This document shows, in pieces, positions 54,269 to 64,000 of a stretch of DNA of 64,000 nt. Both the position numbers and the translations under genes were made by a program. The stretch's first letter is position 1. Each line of letters begins with the position of its first letter. Origin of the DNA: an uncultured Planctomycetaceae bacterium (GTDB lineage: Bacteria > Planctomycetota > Planctomycetia > Planctomycetales > Planctomycetaceae); contig CAWFAK010000007.1 in assembly GCA_963813715.1 (NCBI GenBank), forward strand, positions 928,001 to 992,000, given 5' to 3'. The notes below the pieces were generated by a model. The model did no database searches. It had not been told where the DNA came from and worked only from the letters and a program-made list of their open reading frames with translations.

Positions 54269-57200
54269 TCACCCGTCGACGGTCAGACTGTAGGCTTGTC
54301 TGACGGTCGCCCCGGTGCCGTCGGTGACGACGATGGTGAATGTAAACTTGCCCGATCGAGTCGGCTTGCCGGTGATCACGCCGGAGCTGCTCAGCTTTAA
54401 GCCGCTCGGCAGGCTGCTGCCCGAAGCCAGGGCGAACGTGTAGTCGGCACCGGATCCTCCCTTGGCCGTGAGCTTGTCGTCGACCGCGTCACCGACAGTG
54501 GCGACCGGCAGCGTGGTGGGGCTCAGCGTGATGGCCGGGTCCACAGTCAGCGTGTACGCCCGGCTGCCGGTGGCGCCGATACTGTCGGTAGCAACGATGG
54601 TGAATGTGTCCTTGCCCGACTGAGCGGGCGTGCCGGTGATGACACCGGCCGTGCTGAGCGTCAAGCCGCTTGGCAGGCTGCTGCCCGAGGCCAGGGCGAA
54701 CGTGTAGTCGGCACCGGATCCTCCCTTGGCCGTGAGCTTGTCGTCGATGGCGTCACCGACAGTGGCGACCGGCAGGGTGGTGGGGCTCAGCGTGATGGCC
54801 GGGTCCACAGTCAGCGTGTAAGCCCGGCTGCCGGTGAGATGGGAATTCGATTTATCGGTAGCGACAATCGTGAAGCGGAACGGCGAACCGCTCGTCGTCG
54901 TCGGTGTGCCGCTTAGAACGCCGGCACTCGTCAGCTTCAGTCCTGCGGGCAATTTACCGCCAGTTGCCAACGCAAAGGTATAGCTGCCCGAGCCGCCGGA
55001 GGCCGTGATCGTCACCGGGCTATAGCTGTCGCCGACGGTGGCATTCGGAAGCGAGGCCGGAGTCAGCGTCAGGGTGCTGGCGGGATTGACCGTAAGGGTA
55101 TACTGCCGACTTCCGGTCTCACTCGCGTAGACGGTGTCGGATGCCACGATGGTGAAAGTGTATGAGCCCGCGGTGGAAGTGGTGCCGGAGACGGTTCCCG
55201 AATTGGACAGCGTCAGCCCCGCCGGTAGGCTGCTCCCCGGGGCCAGGGCAAAGGTATAGCTGCCCGAGCCGCCGGAGGCCGTGATCGTCACCGGGCTATA
55301 GCTGTCGCCGACGGTGGCATTCGGAAGCGAGGCCGGAGTCAGCGTCAGGGTGCTGGCGGGATTGACCGTAAGGGTATACTGCCGACTTCCGGTCTCACTC
55401 GCGTAGACGGTGTCGGATGCCACGATGGTGAAAGTGTATGAGCCCGCGGTGGAAGTGGTGCCGGAGACGGTTCCCGAATTGGACAGCGTCAGCCCCGCCG
55501 GTAGGCTGCTCCCCGGGGCCAGGGCAAAGGTATAGCTGCCCGAACCGCCGGAGGCGGTGATCGTCACCGCGCTATAGCTGTCGCCGACGGTGGCATTCGG
55601 AAGCGAGGTCGGAGTCAGCGTCAGGGTGCTGGCGGGATTGACCGTAAGGGTGTACTGCCGGCTTCCGGTCTCACCCGCGTAGACGGTGTCGGATGCCACG
55701 ATGGTGAAAGTGTACGAGCCCGCGGTGGAAGTGATGCCGGAGACGGTTCCCGAATTGGACAGCGTCAGCCCCGCCGGGAGGCTGCTCCCCGGGGCCAGGG
55801 CATAGGTATAAGAGCCCGAACCGCCGGAGGCGGTGATCGTCGCGCTGTACGACTGGTTGGCGGTGTCCGTGGCGAGTGATGTCGGAGATAAGGTGAGCGG
55901 AAGGTAGGTGAACTGATCGGGCGATGAGGTGGTTGAGGTGCCGCCCAACGTCGTCACTGTCACATTGACCGTGCCCGTTCCCGCCGGACTCGTGGCAACG
56001 ATCGTCGAGCCGCTGTCACTGACGATTGTCGCCGGATGGCCGGTGCCGAAATCGACCGTGGCCGTCGACGCCGTACCCAGGTTGCTGCCGGTAATGGTCA
56101 CCGACGTTCCCCCGGAAGCCGGCCCTTGAGTCGTGTTGATACTGCTGACGATCGGGGCGGCCACGTTGGTCGCCTGGACCTCGAAGGCGCCGATATCGAT
56201 CGATCCGTTCACGATGCGCGGGAAGCCTGGACCGCGCTGATCGTAGGCGGGGGCGTCGGCCGTGTCTCCGGAATTGATGGCGGGACTACCGGGCAAGAGG
56301 GCCATGGTCTGGGTCGGGCCGCCGTTATTCTGGAGCGGGCCAAGCTGCGGATTGACGTTGAGTAGATCGCTGGCCGCGAAGCCGCTGCCGCCGGTCGAAT
56401 TGCCGATCAGGTTGTTACCGAGCGAGGTGAGGCCGCCATCCAGATCGGGGCTCGCCGTAATGGCAGTATCGTTGGCGACGATGGTGTCGTAGATCTGCAA
56501 CGAGCTGGATCCGGCGGCGTTGTCGATGCCACCGCCGACGGCAGTTCCATTGCTGCCAATGGATCCCTTGTCGTCGGGGCCGCCGCCAGGCCCACCGTTG
56601 CCGACAGCGGCTTGATTGCCGCTGAGGGTATCGTTGCTCAGCGTGACCGTGCCTGCCGCCACGTACAAGCCGCCGCCCGAACCAACGCCACCGCTGCCGC
56701 CGTTGCCGCTGCCGTAACCGCCGGTGCCGCCGTTGCCGCCACCAGCTTGATTGTTGTCGAGGGTATCGTTGCTCAGCGTGACGCTGCCTCCCGCGACGTA
56801 CGAGCCGCCGCCCAAACCAGCGCCGCCGCTTCCGCCAGGACCGCCGCGACCGCCAGGGATGCCGCCGTAGCCGCTGGCGCCGCCGGCGGCGGCGGCACCT
56901 GCGCCACCGTTGCCGCCAGTGGCCTGATTACCGCTGAGGGTATCGCTGGTCAGCGTGACCGTGCCTGCCGCCACGTACAAACCACCGGCCGAGCCAGCGC
57001 CGCCGTTGCCGCCGGCCTGGACGTTCACTGCGCCATTACCGGGGTTGGATTGGATGCCGTTGGCACCGTCGCCGCCAGTGGCTTGATTACCACTGAGGGT
57101 ATCGTTGGTGAGCGTGACGCTGCCTCCTGCGACGTACAAGCCGCCGCCCGAACCGGCTCCGCCGCCGGCGGAGCCTGCCGACCCCCACTCGGTAGCAGTT

Positions 57201-58066
57201 CCCACGTAAACTTTGACGTAATCTCCGCCCGTGCCCCCGCGGCCGCCAACGGCATTATTGCCGCTCAGGGTATCGTCGGTGAGCGTGACCGTGCCTGCCG
57301 CCACGTACAAGCCGCCACCCGAGCCAGCGCCGCCACTGCCCCCAGCCCCACGCGATGGGCCGCCGCTGACATCGCTGTTGGCGGCGCCGTAACCGCCGTT
57401 GCCACCAACGGCTTTATTACCGCTGAAGGTATCGTTGGTGAGCGTGACGCTGCCTGCCGCGACGTAAATGCCGCCTCCGTAGGCGTTCGCGCCATTCCCG
57501 CCGGGGCCGCCGCTGCTGCCCACAGCTTCGTTGCTCTTCACCGCGTCACCGCTGAGTGCGAGCGTTCCCGAACTGTAGATGGCTCCGCCTTCCGCCGCCG
57601 CGCCTGTGCCCTGTGCGAGACCACCCGACAGGGTCACGTTCTCAAGGGTCAACGATCCGCCACTGTCCACGTCGAACAGGCGACTGGAGTTATTCCCGCT
57701 AATCGTCAGGCTGCTGGCGCCAGGCCCCGTGATCGTCATTGTGTCCGAGATGACCAACGGTCCGTGGGTGAGCGTGATGGTGCTGCCGGTGAGTGCGGTA
57801 TCGAAAGTGATCGTGCTGCCGGCGTTAGTCGGCTGGTCGGCCTGGGTGATGCAGTAGCGGATGTCGCCGGACAAGGCACTCCCGGTACCGGCGTCGCCGG
57901 AGCTGACCACTGTAAAGGCTGACAGCAGCGCGCGGTCTTCAAGAATTTCCAGATGCCGGACTTCCGCGGCAAAGTGCGATCGATTGCCCCCGCGACGTCT
58001 GGAGGAGCCGAGTTTCGGCTGGCGCAAACGATTCAGGATCGAACTCAGCCAGGATTCGAGAATCAT
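54269..58066 (-). CDS. Large surface protein: LEPRxLL-type leader, Gly-rich beta-helix repeats, choice-of-anchor-Q-like, IPT/TIG and putative Ig repeats
   Basis: LEILEDRALLS; GGG(L/I)YVAAG.VTL..DT.SGN repeats; LGPLQNNGGPTQTMALLPGSPAI..DQRG..DIGAFE; six LP.GL.L...G..SG Ig-like units. Confidence 0.9.
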   Translation of the reverse strand: MILESWLSSILNRLRQPKLGSSRRRGGNRSHFAAEVRHLEILEDRALLSAFTVVSSGDAGTGSALSGDIRYCITQADQPTNAGSTITFDTALTGSTITLTHGPLVISDTMTITGPGASSLTISGNNSSRLFDVDSGGSLTLENVTLSGGLAQGTGAAAEGGAIYSSGTLALSGDAVKSNEAVGSSGGPGGNGANAYGGGIYVAAGSVTLTNDTFSGNKAVGGNGGYGAANSDVSGGPSRGAGGSGGAGSGGGLYVAAGTVTLTDDTLSGNNAVGGRGGTGGDYVKVYVGTATEWGSAGSAGGGAGSGGGLYVAGGSVTLTNDTLSGNQATGGDGANGIQSNPGNGAVNVQAGGNGGAGSAGGLYVAAGTVTLTSDTLSGNQATGGNGGAGAAAAGGASGYGGIPGGRGGPGGSGGAGLGGGSYVAGGSVTLSNDTLDNNQAGGGNGGTGGYGSGNGGSGGVGSGGGLYVAAGTVTLSNDTLSGNQAAVGNGGPGGGPDDKGSIGSNGTAVGGGIDNAAGSSSLQIYDTIVANDTAITASPDLDGGLTSLGNNLIGNSTGGSGFAASDLLNVNPQLGPLQNNGGPTQTMALLPGSPAINSGDTADAPAYDQRGPGFPRIVNGSIDIGAFEVQATNVAAPIVSSINTTQGPASGGTSVTITGSNLGTASTATVDFGTGHPATIVSDSGSTIVATSPAGTGTVNVTVTTLGGTSTTSSPDQFTYLPLTLSPTSLATDTANQSYSATITASGGSGSYTYALAPGSSLPAGLTLSNSGTVSGITSTAGSYTFTIVASDTVYAGETGSRQYTLTVNPASTLTLTPTSLPNATVGDSYSAVTITASGGSGSYTFALAPGSSLPAGLTLSNSGTVSGTTSTAGSYTFTIVASDTVYASETGSRQYTLTVNPASTLTLTPASLPNATVGDSYSPVTITASGGSGSYTFALAPGSSLPAGLTLSNSGTVSGTTSTAGSYTFTIVASDTVYASETGSRQYTLTVNPASTLTLTPASLPNATVGDSYSPVTITASGGSGSYTFALATGGKLPAGLKLTSAGVLSGTPTTTSGSPFRFTIVATDKSNSHLTGSRAYTLTVDPAITLSPTTLPVATVGDAIDDKLTAKGGSGADYTFALASGSSLPSGLTLSTAGVITGTPAQSGKDTFTIVATDSIGATGSRAYTLTVDPAITLSPTTLPVATVGDAVDDKLTAKGGSGADYTFALASGSSLPSGLKLSSSGVITGKPTRSGKFTFTIVVTDGTGATVRQAYSLTVDG
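54400..55850 (-). repeat. Intragenic tandem repeats (276-bp and 264-bp periods)
   Basis: Equivalent positions at 54975, 55251, 55527, 55803 (276 bp) and 54431, 54695 (264 bp), nearly identical at DNA level. Confidence 0.9.
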
Positions 58067-58145
58067 CGATTGATCCTTGATCTCGCGTTGGGGGCGGCAG
58101 TCAAAGCGTCGTCATCTGCAACGTTCAGGCACCTTCTATCGGACC

Positions 58146-59560
58146 CTACGCGACGCCACGGTCCAGAATGCCGATCAAGGGGGAGCTATTCAGGTACACC
58201 GCGTCGAGGTTTTCGATGTCTTCGGCAACCGAGACGCCGGGTGCGGTGTTCCCGATGATGCTGCCGGAGTTTTCGAGTGTCGGTGTCTCGTCGCTCGAGA
58301 TTCCGCTCCACTCGCCGCCGGCTTGAGCGGTTGCGACGGTCGGCGTGCTGAGAACTGGTTGCCCAACTGACTGGGACGGGACCGCCGCCGCGAACACAGG
58401 ACCGCCGCCTTGGCGTCCGGCCGCCTGGATCACGCCAAACAGGCCGTTGATGGACACGCCCGGCGCGTTGGGACCCGCGTCGAAGAAGAGCTCGTTGGAC
58501 TTGCCGCCCCACGGCGTGCCGCTGCCGAATTGCAAGTCCCACAAGCCGGTGATGGCAATCGGGGCGCCGTCCGGCTGGTCGAGCTGTCCGAGATAGGCGC
58601 CCGTGTGCGGATTAAAAACGTTGATGTTGCCGGCCCCCGCCACGTTGCCGATCAAGAGGTCGCCGCTGTACTCGCCGAAGTTCGCCGGCGCCTGGGCGAC
58701 CCCCCACGGGTTCTCAAGCGGGCCCGCGTCGGGGCCGTTGGCGGCGAATTGACGCAACAGGTGGCTGTCGGTATCGAACACGTCCACCGCACCGGCATTG
58801 AAGGTGTGAAGATCGGCGAAGGTGACGTAGAGCTTGCCGCCCTCGGCTTGCACCGACCAAGCGCTCAGGTTGGGGTCGACGCTCGTCACGTTCGGATCGG
58901 TGAAGGAGCCGATGAGATTGAAGTGACTGTCGAACATGTCCACGCGGTTGTTGAGGTAGTCGGTCGCATAGAGGACAGTCTGCCCCCGGCTGTTCTGGGC
59001 CATTGCGAGGCCGGTGAAGACGGCGGGTGTGCCAGCGGCGAAGGTGTCCTTGATCAGGATCGCATGGTTTGGATCGACGGCCGGATTCCAGCCGCTGATC
59101 GTGCCATCGATGGAATCGAAGATCAGGAGGGCCGGCGCGGATTTGCCGTTCTCCGAGATCACAAAGTTCGAGGTCGGGTTGTAGACCACGCCGGTGGGAT
59201 GCCCGCCCGACCCGAGCCCCAGGGCCGCCGACCCCGTCGCCGAACCCGGCACGGTGATTGTCTGCGGCAGCACCTGGCCGGAGGCGTCATAGAACGTGGC
59301 CTTCCCGGTGGTGAACGCGTTGGCCACAACGAAAGTCCCGTTCGGCAGGGCGGCCATGCCCCAGCCGTTCAGGTTGGTGTCGGTGGCCTGCGCAATGCCT
59401 TGCTTGTAACCGACCAGGTTCGTCTGCAGGTAGGCGCTGGCGCTGAGCAGCAGGCGTTCTTCCAACGCTTCGGGCCGGGGGCGGAAGCCGGCCCGGTGAT
59501 TGCGACGGCGCGCCGCGGCGCAGAGTGGTTCGAGCGTCGCAGCCACGAAGAGACTGACAT
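58146..59560 (-). CDS. TIGR03118 family extracellular protein with LEPRxLL-type leader (frameshift ~59510)
   Basis: MSVSSWLRR leader joins FRPRPEALEERLLLS; YLQTNLV, PTGVVYN, DGTISGW, LENPWG, LLIGN, GLWDL, GLFG. Confidence 0.85.
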
Positions 59561-59885
59561 GATGGTTCCCCTCTCGAGAGCTGGTCTGCGAGACAAGAAG
59601 CGCCAACGCCCCGCGCGCAGACCAAGCGCCGAGAGACGCCGGTCCGGTGCGCGTTTGCCTGGCGGCGGACACGCACCGGCCGATGATTTGAGAGCCGGTC
59701 TTCGGCAGACCGCTTCTACAGACCATGCGACTCCGGACGGGTTGAGCTGCCAAAGAAAAATGGAGAATCTTATAAATCCTCACCACACGGATGCGGCCGC
59801 GTTTGTCACGAGCCGTCGATGGCGCGTTGTTGCCACCCGCTCGAAACTCGGGAAATGCAAACGGCGTCGCCCGGATGGTCGCCGA

Positions 59886-62800
59886 TCAAGGCTTAACAGC
59901 CTTGGCGGCCGCATTCGTTGACGGCGGAGACGACGACGGCTTCTTGCCGAAGAGTGCCTCGGCCTCGCGGAGCAGGATCTGGCAGTGCAACCAATCCTGC
60001 CACATGCCCTCGAATGGCCGGCCGGCGGCCGGATCAGGCATCTTCTCGGCGACGATCACCTGCGCGGAATGAAGTGCTGCGCGGGCTTGCTCCTTCTGTC
60101 CCAGGCGGTGCTGCGCCATGGCCCGCACTGCGAATCCGCTTGCGTCGATGTGCGAGCCGTGGGCATCGGGGCCGAAGCGATCGACCCACTTCACGGCCTC
60201 CGCGTGCCGGCCGGCGCGATACTCGGCCAGCCCCTTGACGAACAGAAACCAGCGGTACTCGCTGTGCTTCTCGGTCCCTGTCACGACCCAGTCGGCGAGC
60301 TTCTGGACGCGATCGAGATCGGGCACCGCAGCGGGCGCGAGCAAGCAGGTCTTCGCGGTGCGGTCCGCGATCTCGAGTGCTTGGGTCCCGTGGAACCGCT
60401 CTAGCATCGCCCGGCAGACGCGGCAGTAGCCGGTAACGTCGCCGGCCCGGAGGTGCAGGGGCGCGGCCCGGAACGGGTACCAATGATTGGACGGATCCAG
60501 CTCCGCCGCTTTATCGATCGCCGCCAGCGCCTCGTCCCAGCACCCCACCCGAGCCAGAGCCTCGCCGAAACTGTTCTGCGCGTTGGCGCTCTTAGGGTTC
60601 TGTTCCAGCATCTTGGTGAAGGCTTTTCGGCGCAGGTCGACCCATTCGCCAAAGACGGCTTTCGCCTCCTGCGGTCGATTGCTGGTTTTGAGAAGACGAA
60701 TCAGGTTGCCGTAACACGCATCGGTCAGATCGCGGCGGTCATCCGCGACCAGCTCGCTCGCGGGAAGGCTCGCCAACAGGCCGACTACCTGGCGGTAATT
60801 CTCCTCGGCTTCACGTGCGCGGCCCTTTGCCGCAAGCAGCGGGCTGAGTTGGTTTGCGCAGATGCCAATCACACGAATGCGGTAAACGGGGTCCGTCGGG
60901 TTATCGGCGGCCAGCTTTCGCCACGCGGCCTCCGCCAAGCGGTAATGCTTCTCGACCTCGTCCAGCCGGTTTTCCCCTCGCAGCACTTCCGCCAGAGCGA
61001 AGTGGCTCTCTGCCAGTCGGACACGAAATCCTCCATCGTTCGGCGCTTCGGCGAGCACTTTTTCGCAGACGTCGATCGCGTCTCGATAGGGCTTTTCGGC
61101 ATCCTTCCCACGGCCGAGCAGTCGTAGCACCCAGGCAACGTTCCAGTTGCTGAAGCATTGTTCCCATCGGTAGTAGCGGTTTTGAGGAAAATCGACCGCG
61201 AGCTTTTCAAACACGGCCAAAGCCTGGCGAACCGGCTTTTCGGCCTCTTTCGGCCGCCCGCTGTCCAAGGCCGCGCCGGCCACCTGCCACAGCGTATGAC
61301 CAACCTCCATGCGGTAGTTGTCACGGGACGGGAACTCGCCGGCCAGCTTTTCAAAGAGGGCGAGGGCCTGACGGTAGAAGTCTTCTGCCTCCCTCGGCCG
61401 TTTGTTGCCCTTCAGTAAATCGGCCAATCCAAAACATGAGTAGGCCAGATCCAAGCGATAATCGGGATTCGCCGGCGCCTCGGCCACCAACTTTTCCTTC
61501 AGCGTGATCGCCTGACGGTACTCCCGTTCGGCGTCTGCGGGCCGCCCGGCCGAGGTCAGCATCAAGGCGAAATCCCTCTGACACTGGGCCCGCTTGAGCT
61601 GGTATTCGGGCTTCGTCCCAGAGGCGGCGACCAGCGCGTCGTAGGCGACAAGGGCCTGACGGTAATGCGCTTCCGCGTCGGACATTCGCTTGACGTCGCG
61701 AAGGGAGTTTGCCACCTCGTGGTGCACGCGCCAGCCGCTCGCGATGGGCCGCGTTCTTGGGAAACGCACTCCGGAGCGCCTCGATCCGCGAAGTGAAACG
61801 GCGAACGACCTCCTCTGCCGCCTGTGCCCTCCCTTTCGATTCCAAGAAACGAACAAGATCGAGATAGCTCAAAGCCCATCCTTCGTCAAAGGGCGCAACA
61901 TGCAACTTTTCGAGGGCCGCTTCATGGATCTCGATGGCGCGACGGAACTCTTGCTCGGCATCATCCGGACGCCTGGCATCAACGAAGACCTGGGCCAGCA
62001 GGCGATGCGTGTCTGCCAGGAAATGCCAATAAATGAGCTTCTTGGCGCACGAACCGTGAGCCCTTGAAAGGCGTCGATCGCCTCACGGAACGCTCGCTCG
62101 ACGTCCCCGCGATGCTCGGGGGCTGGCCCCCAGTCGAATGCCAGGTAGCGGAGAGTATGCCCGAGGGCCTCGCGGGACTGGAGATCATTGGGAAGCTCCT
62201 GAACCACTCGACGATAGAGCAAAATCGACTCTTGGAACGCCGACGCTGCGGCTGCCGCTTCCCCAACATCGTTGAGTCCATTTCCCAGTTTCCTGAGGGC
62301 CTGGGCAAGATCCCGGCGAAAGACAGAATCCTCAGGAGGATTCGCAGCCACCTCTTTCAAGTTCGTGAGAACGGAGGCAAGTTGCTGGCGTGACCACTTC
62401 GCGGCGCCGATACCGCTTTCATTTGGGCAGCGGAGGAAATCCTTTGCCGCAGTCGCAACGAGGACGTAATTGCTAACCGTTGGATACCTCGTGGCAAGCG
62501 CCTGAGCCAGGTCGAACTCCCGACGATAGGCATCTCCGGCCTCGCGCCTCTTTCCGGCGGCTTCCAGAAGAAGGCCTCGATGGTGCAAGCCGCCCGCGAG
62601 ACGAAGCCGGTATTGGGGCACGTTCGGATATTGGGCGGCCAATTGCTGGCAGAGCGCCAGATCCCGATCGGCGAGCACCGCGCCTCCGCGTGGCGACCGG
62701 TCGCGTCCATCCAGTAGGCCAATTCACCAAGCACCATGGCCAGGCTTTCCCGGTACTCGGGCACTTCCGGATGAGACTGGCTGAGTCGATCCCAAATCTC

Positions 62801-64000
62801 GATCGCCTTCTGGGACGAGTCGAGTCCCGCCTTGGCCAGGTCGCTGGAACCGTAGGCGAGTCCCGCGGCACTTTGCCAGGTCGCCAGGCTGGCGTGCGCG
62901 GCCGCCAGGTCGTTTTGAAACGCGACCACCGCAGGATGCTCGCGGGCGAGGGTCTCCCACAGGCTCACAAACTTCAGGAGCGTCCGTTTGGCCTTTGCCG
63001 GGTCGTTCGGCATCGCGGTGACCTGCTTCGGGTCTCGATTTGCCTTCCAAAATCCGGCGACTCGGCGCTGTTCCTCTTTGGCGTCCGGAAATTTGCTGTG
63101 CAACCGCTCAACCAGTTCCAGGCCGGACGCCATGGCGTCGATGGCGTCGTCGTTCCGGTCGACTTCGTGATCGATTTCGGCCAATCGGAGATCGGCCACC
63201 GCCAAATCAGCCAGCAGCGCGGGACTATCGCCGCGCTCGCTCAGAAGTGTCTGGTAATAACGGGCCGCATCCTCGAGCAGTTCCTTGCGAAGCGGCAGTA
63301 AAGTTGGCAGGTCTAACAGCTTGCTTTGGCTGACGCGCGTGAAGTACTGGTCGACCGCCTGACGGGCGCGCTTCAAATTCTCTTCCGCCTGCTGCCGCTC
63401 ATGCTCGGCGATTTGCCGTTGGGCCGCTTCGGCCTTGCTCGCCCGTTCCGCATCGGCGCGGGCGGCGGCTTCAGCCTGCAAGCGAGATTCGGCGAGGTGC
63501 TCAGCACTGGTCGCGCGAATCGCTTGCGTGACGCTGACCACTGTTCCCACGAGGATCGCCGACAGCACCACGATCGACGTCGTGAACGCCACGCGGTTGC
63601 GGCGGGCAAACTTCGCAAGCCGATACGTGACCGAAGGGGGACAGGCGAGAACCGGCTCGTCGGCCAGATGCCGTTCGACGTCCATCGCGAGGCCAATCGC
63701 TGTTTCGTAGCGCCGCGTACGATCCTTCTCCAGCGCCTTCATCACGATCCAGTCCAGGTCACCCCGCAAAAGCTGACTCAAGCGGTTGGGATCGGCGTGC
63801 CGATGAGCGGCCACCACGGTCCGACTGTCCCCCAGAGTGCTGATCCGCGTGCTCGGCTTGGCCGGCTCTTCCTCGCGGATGATGCGGCGGATTTCGTCGT
63901 AGGCCGCCTTTTTCAGCCGGTTCTTGTCAAATGGCGTGGTGCCCGTCAAAAGCTCATACAACAACACGCCGAGCGAATAGATGTCGCTCCGCGTATCGAT
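59886..64000 (-). CDS. Ser/Thr protein kinase with TPR repeats, 5'-partial (frameshifts ~62680, ~62030, ~61730)
   Basis: [42 protein letters not shown] helix, then TPR helices across four frames. Confidence 0.88.

Noticed and set aside
52078..59921. Long plus-strand ORFs (52078, 53056, 56612, 58410)
   Set aside because: Antisense shadows of well-supported GC-rich minus-strand genes

Overview
GC-rich bacterial DNA, most likely a planctomycete (inferred from two DUF1501 genes, a DUF1580 protein, LEPRxLL-type leaders, and an ECF sigma/Ser-Thr kinase pair). From left to right: (1) 1-9.5 kb housekeeping and accessory genes (partial rtcB with archease, SDR with ribokinase, an FGE-family protein, DUF4349, DUF72). 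(2) tRNA-Arg(UCG) at 9852-9924, followed by a ~10-11 kb integrative replicative element: tyrosine integrase, wHTH protein, DUF1580, PriCT-2/SF3 helicase, a separate Zn-TOPRIM primase, ParB-like protein and hypotheticals. (3) A 22-46 kb mosaic of unrelated genes whose intergenic spacers share several dispersed non-coding repeat families and a recurrent GGACA-N3-TGTCC palindrome that also occurs inside the mobile element; it includes a cytochrome c plus Tat-signal ThDP-enzyme operon. (4) 46-64 kb, all on the minus strand: two Ser/Thr kinases, an ECF sigma factor, a TPR-sulfotransferase, a large Gly-rich/Ig-repeat surface protein and a TIGR03118 protein. At least twelve otherwise intact genes carry small frameshifts, probably sequencing indels. 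No CRISPR array or rRNA was seen. All family assignments come from motif recognition by eye, not database searches.
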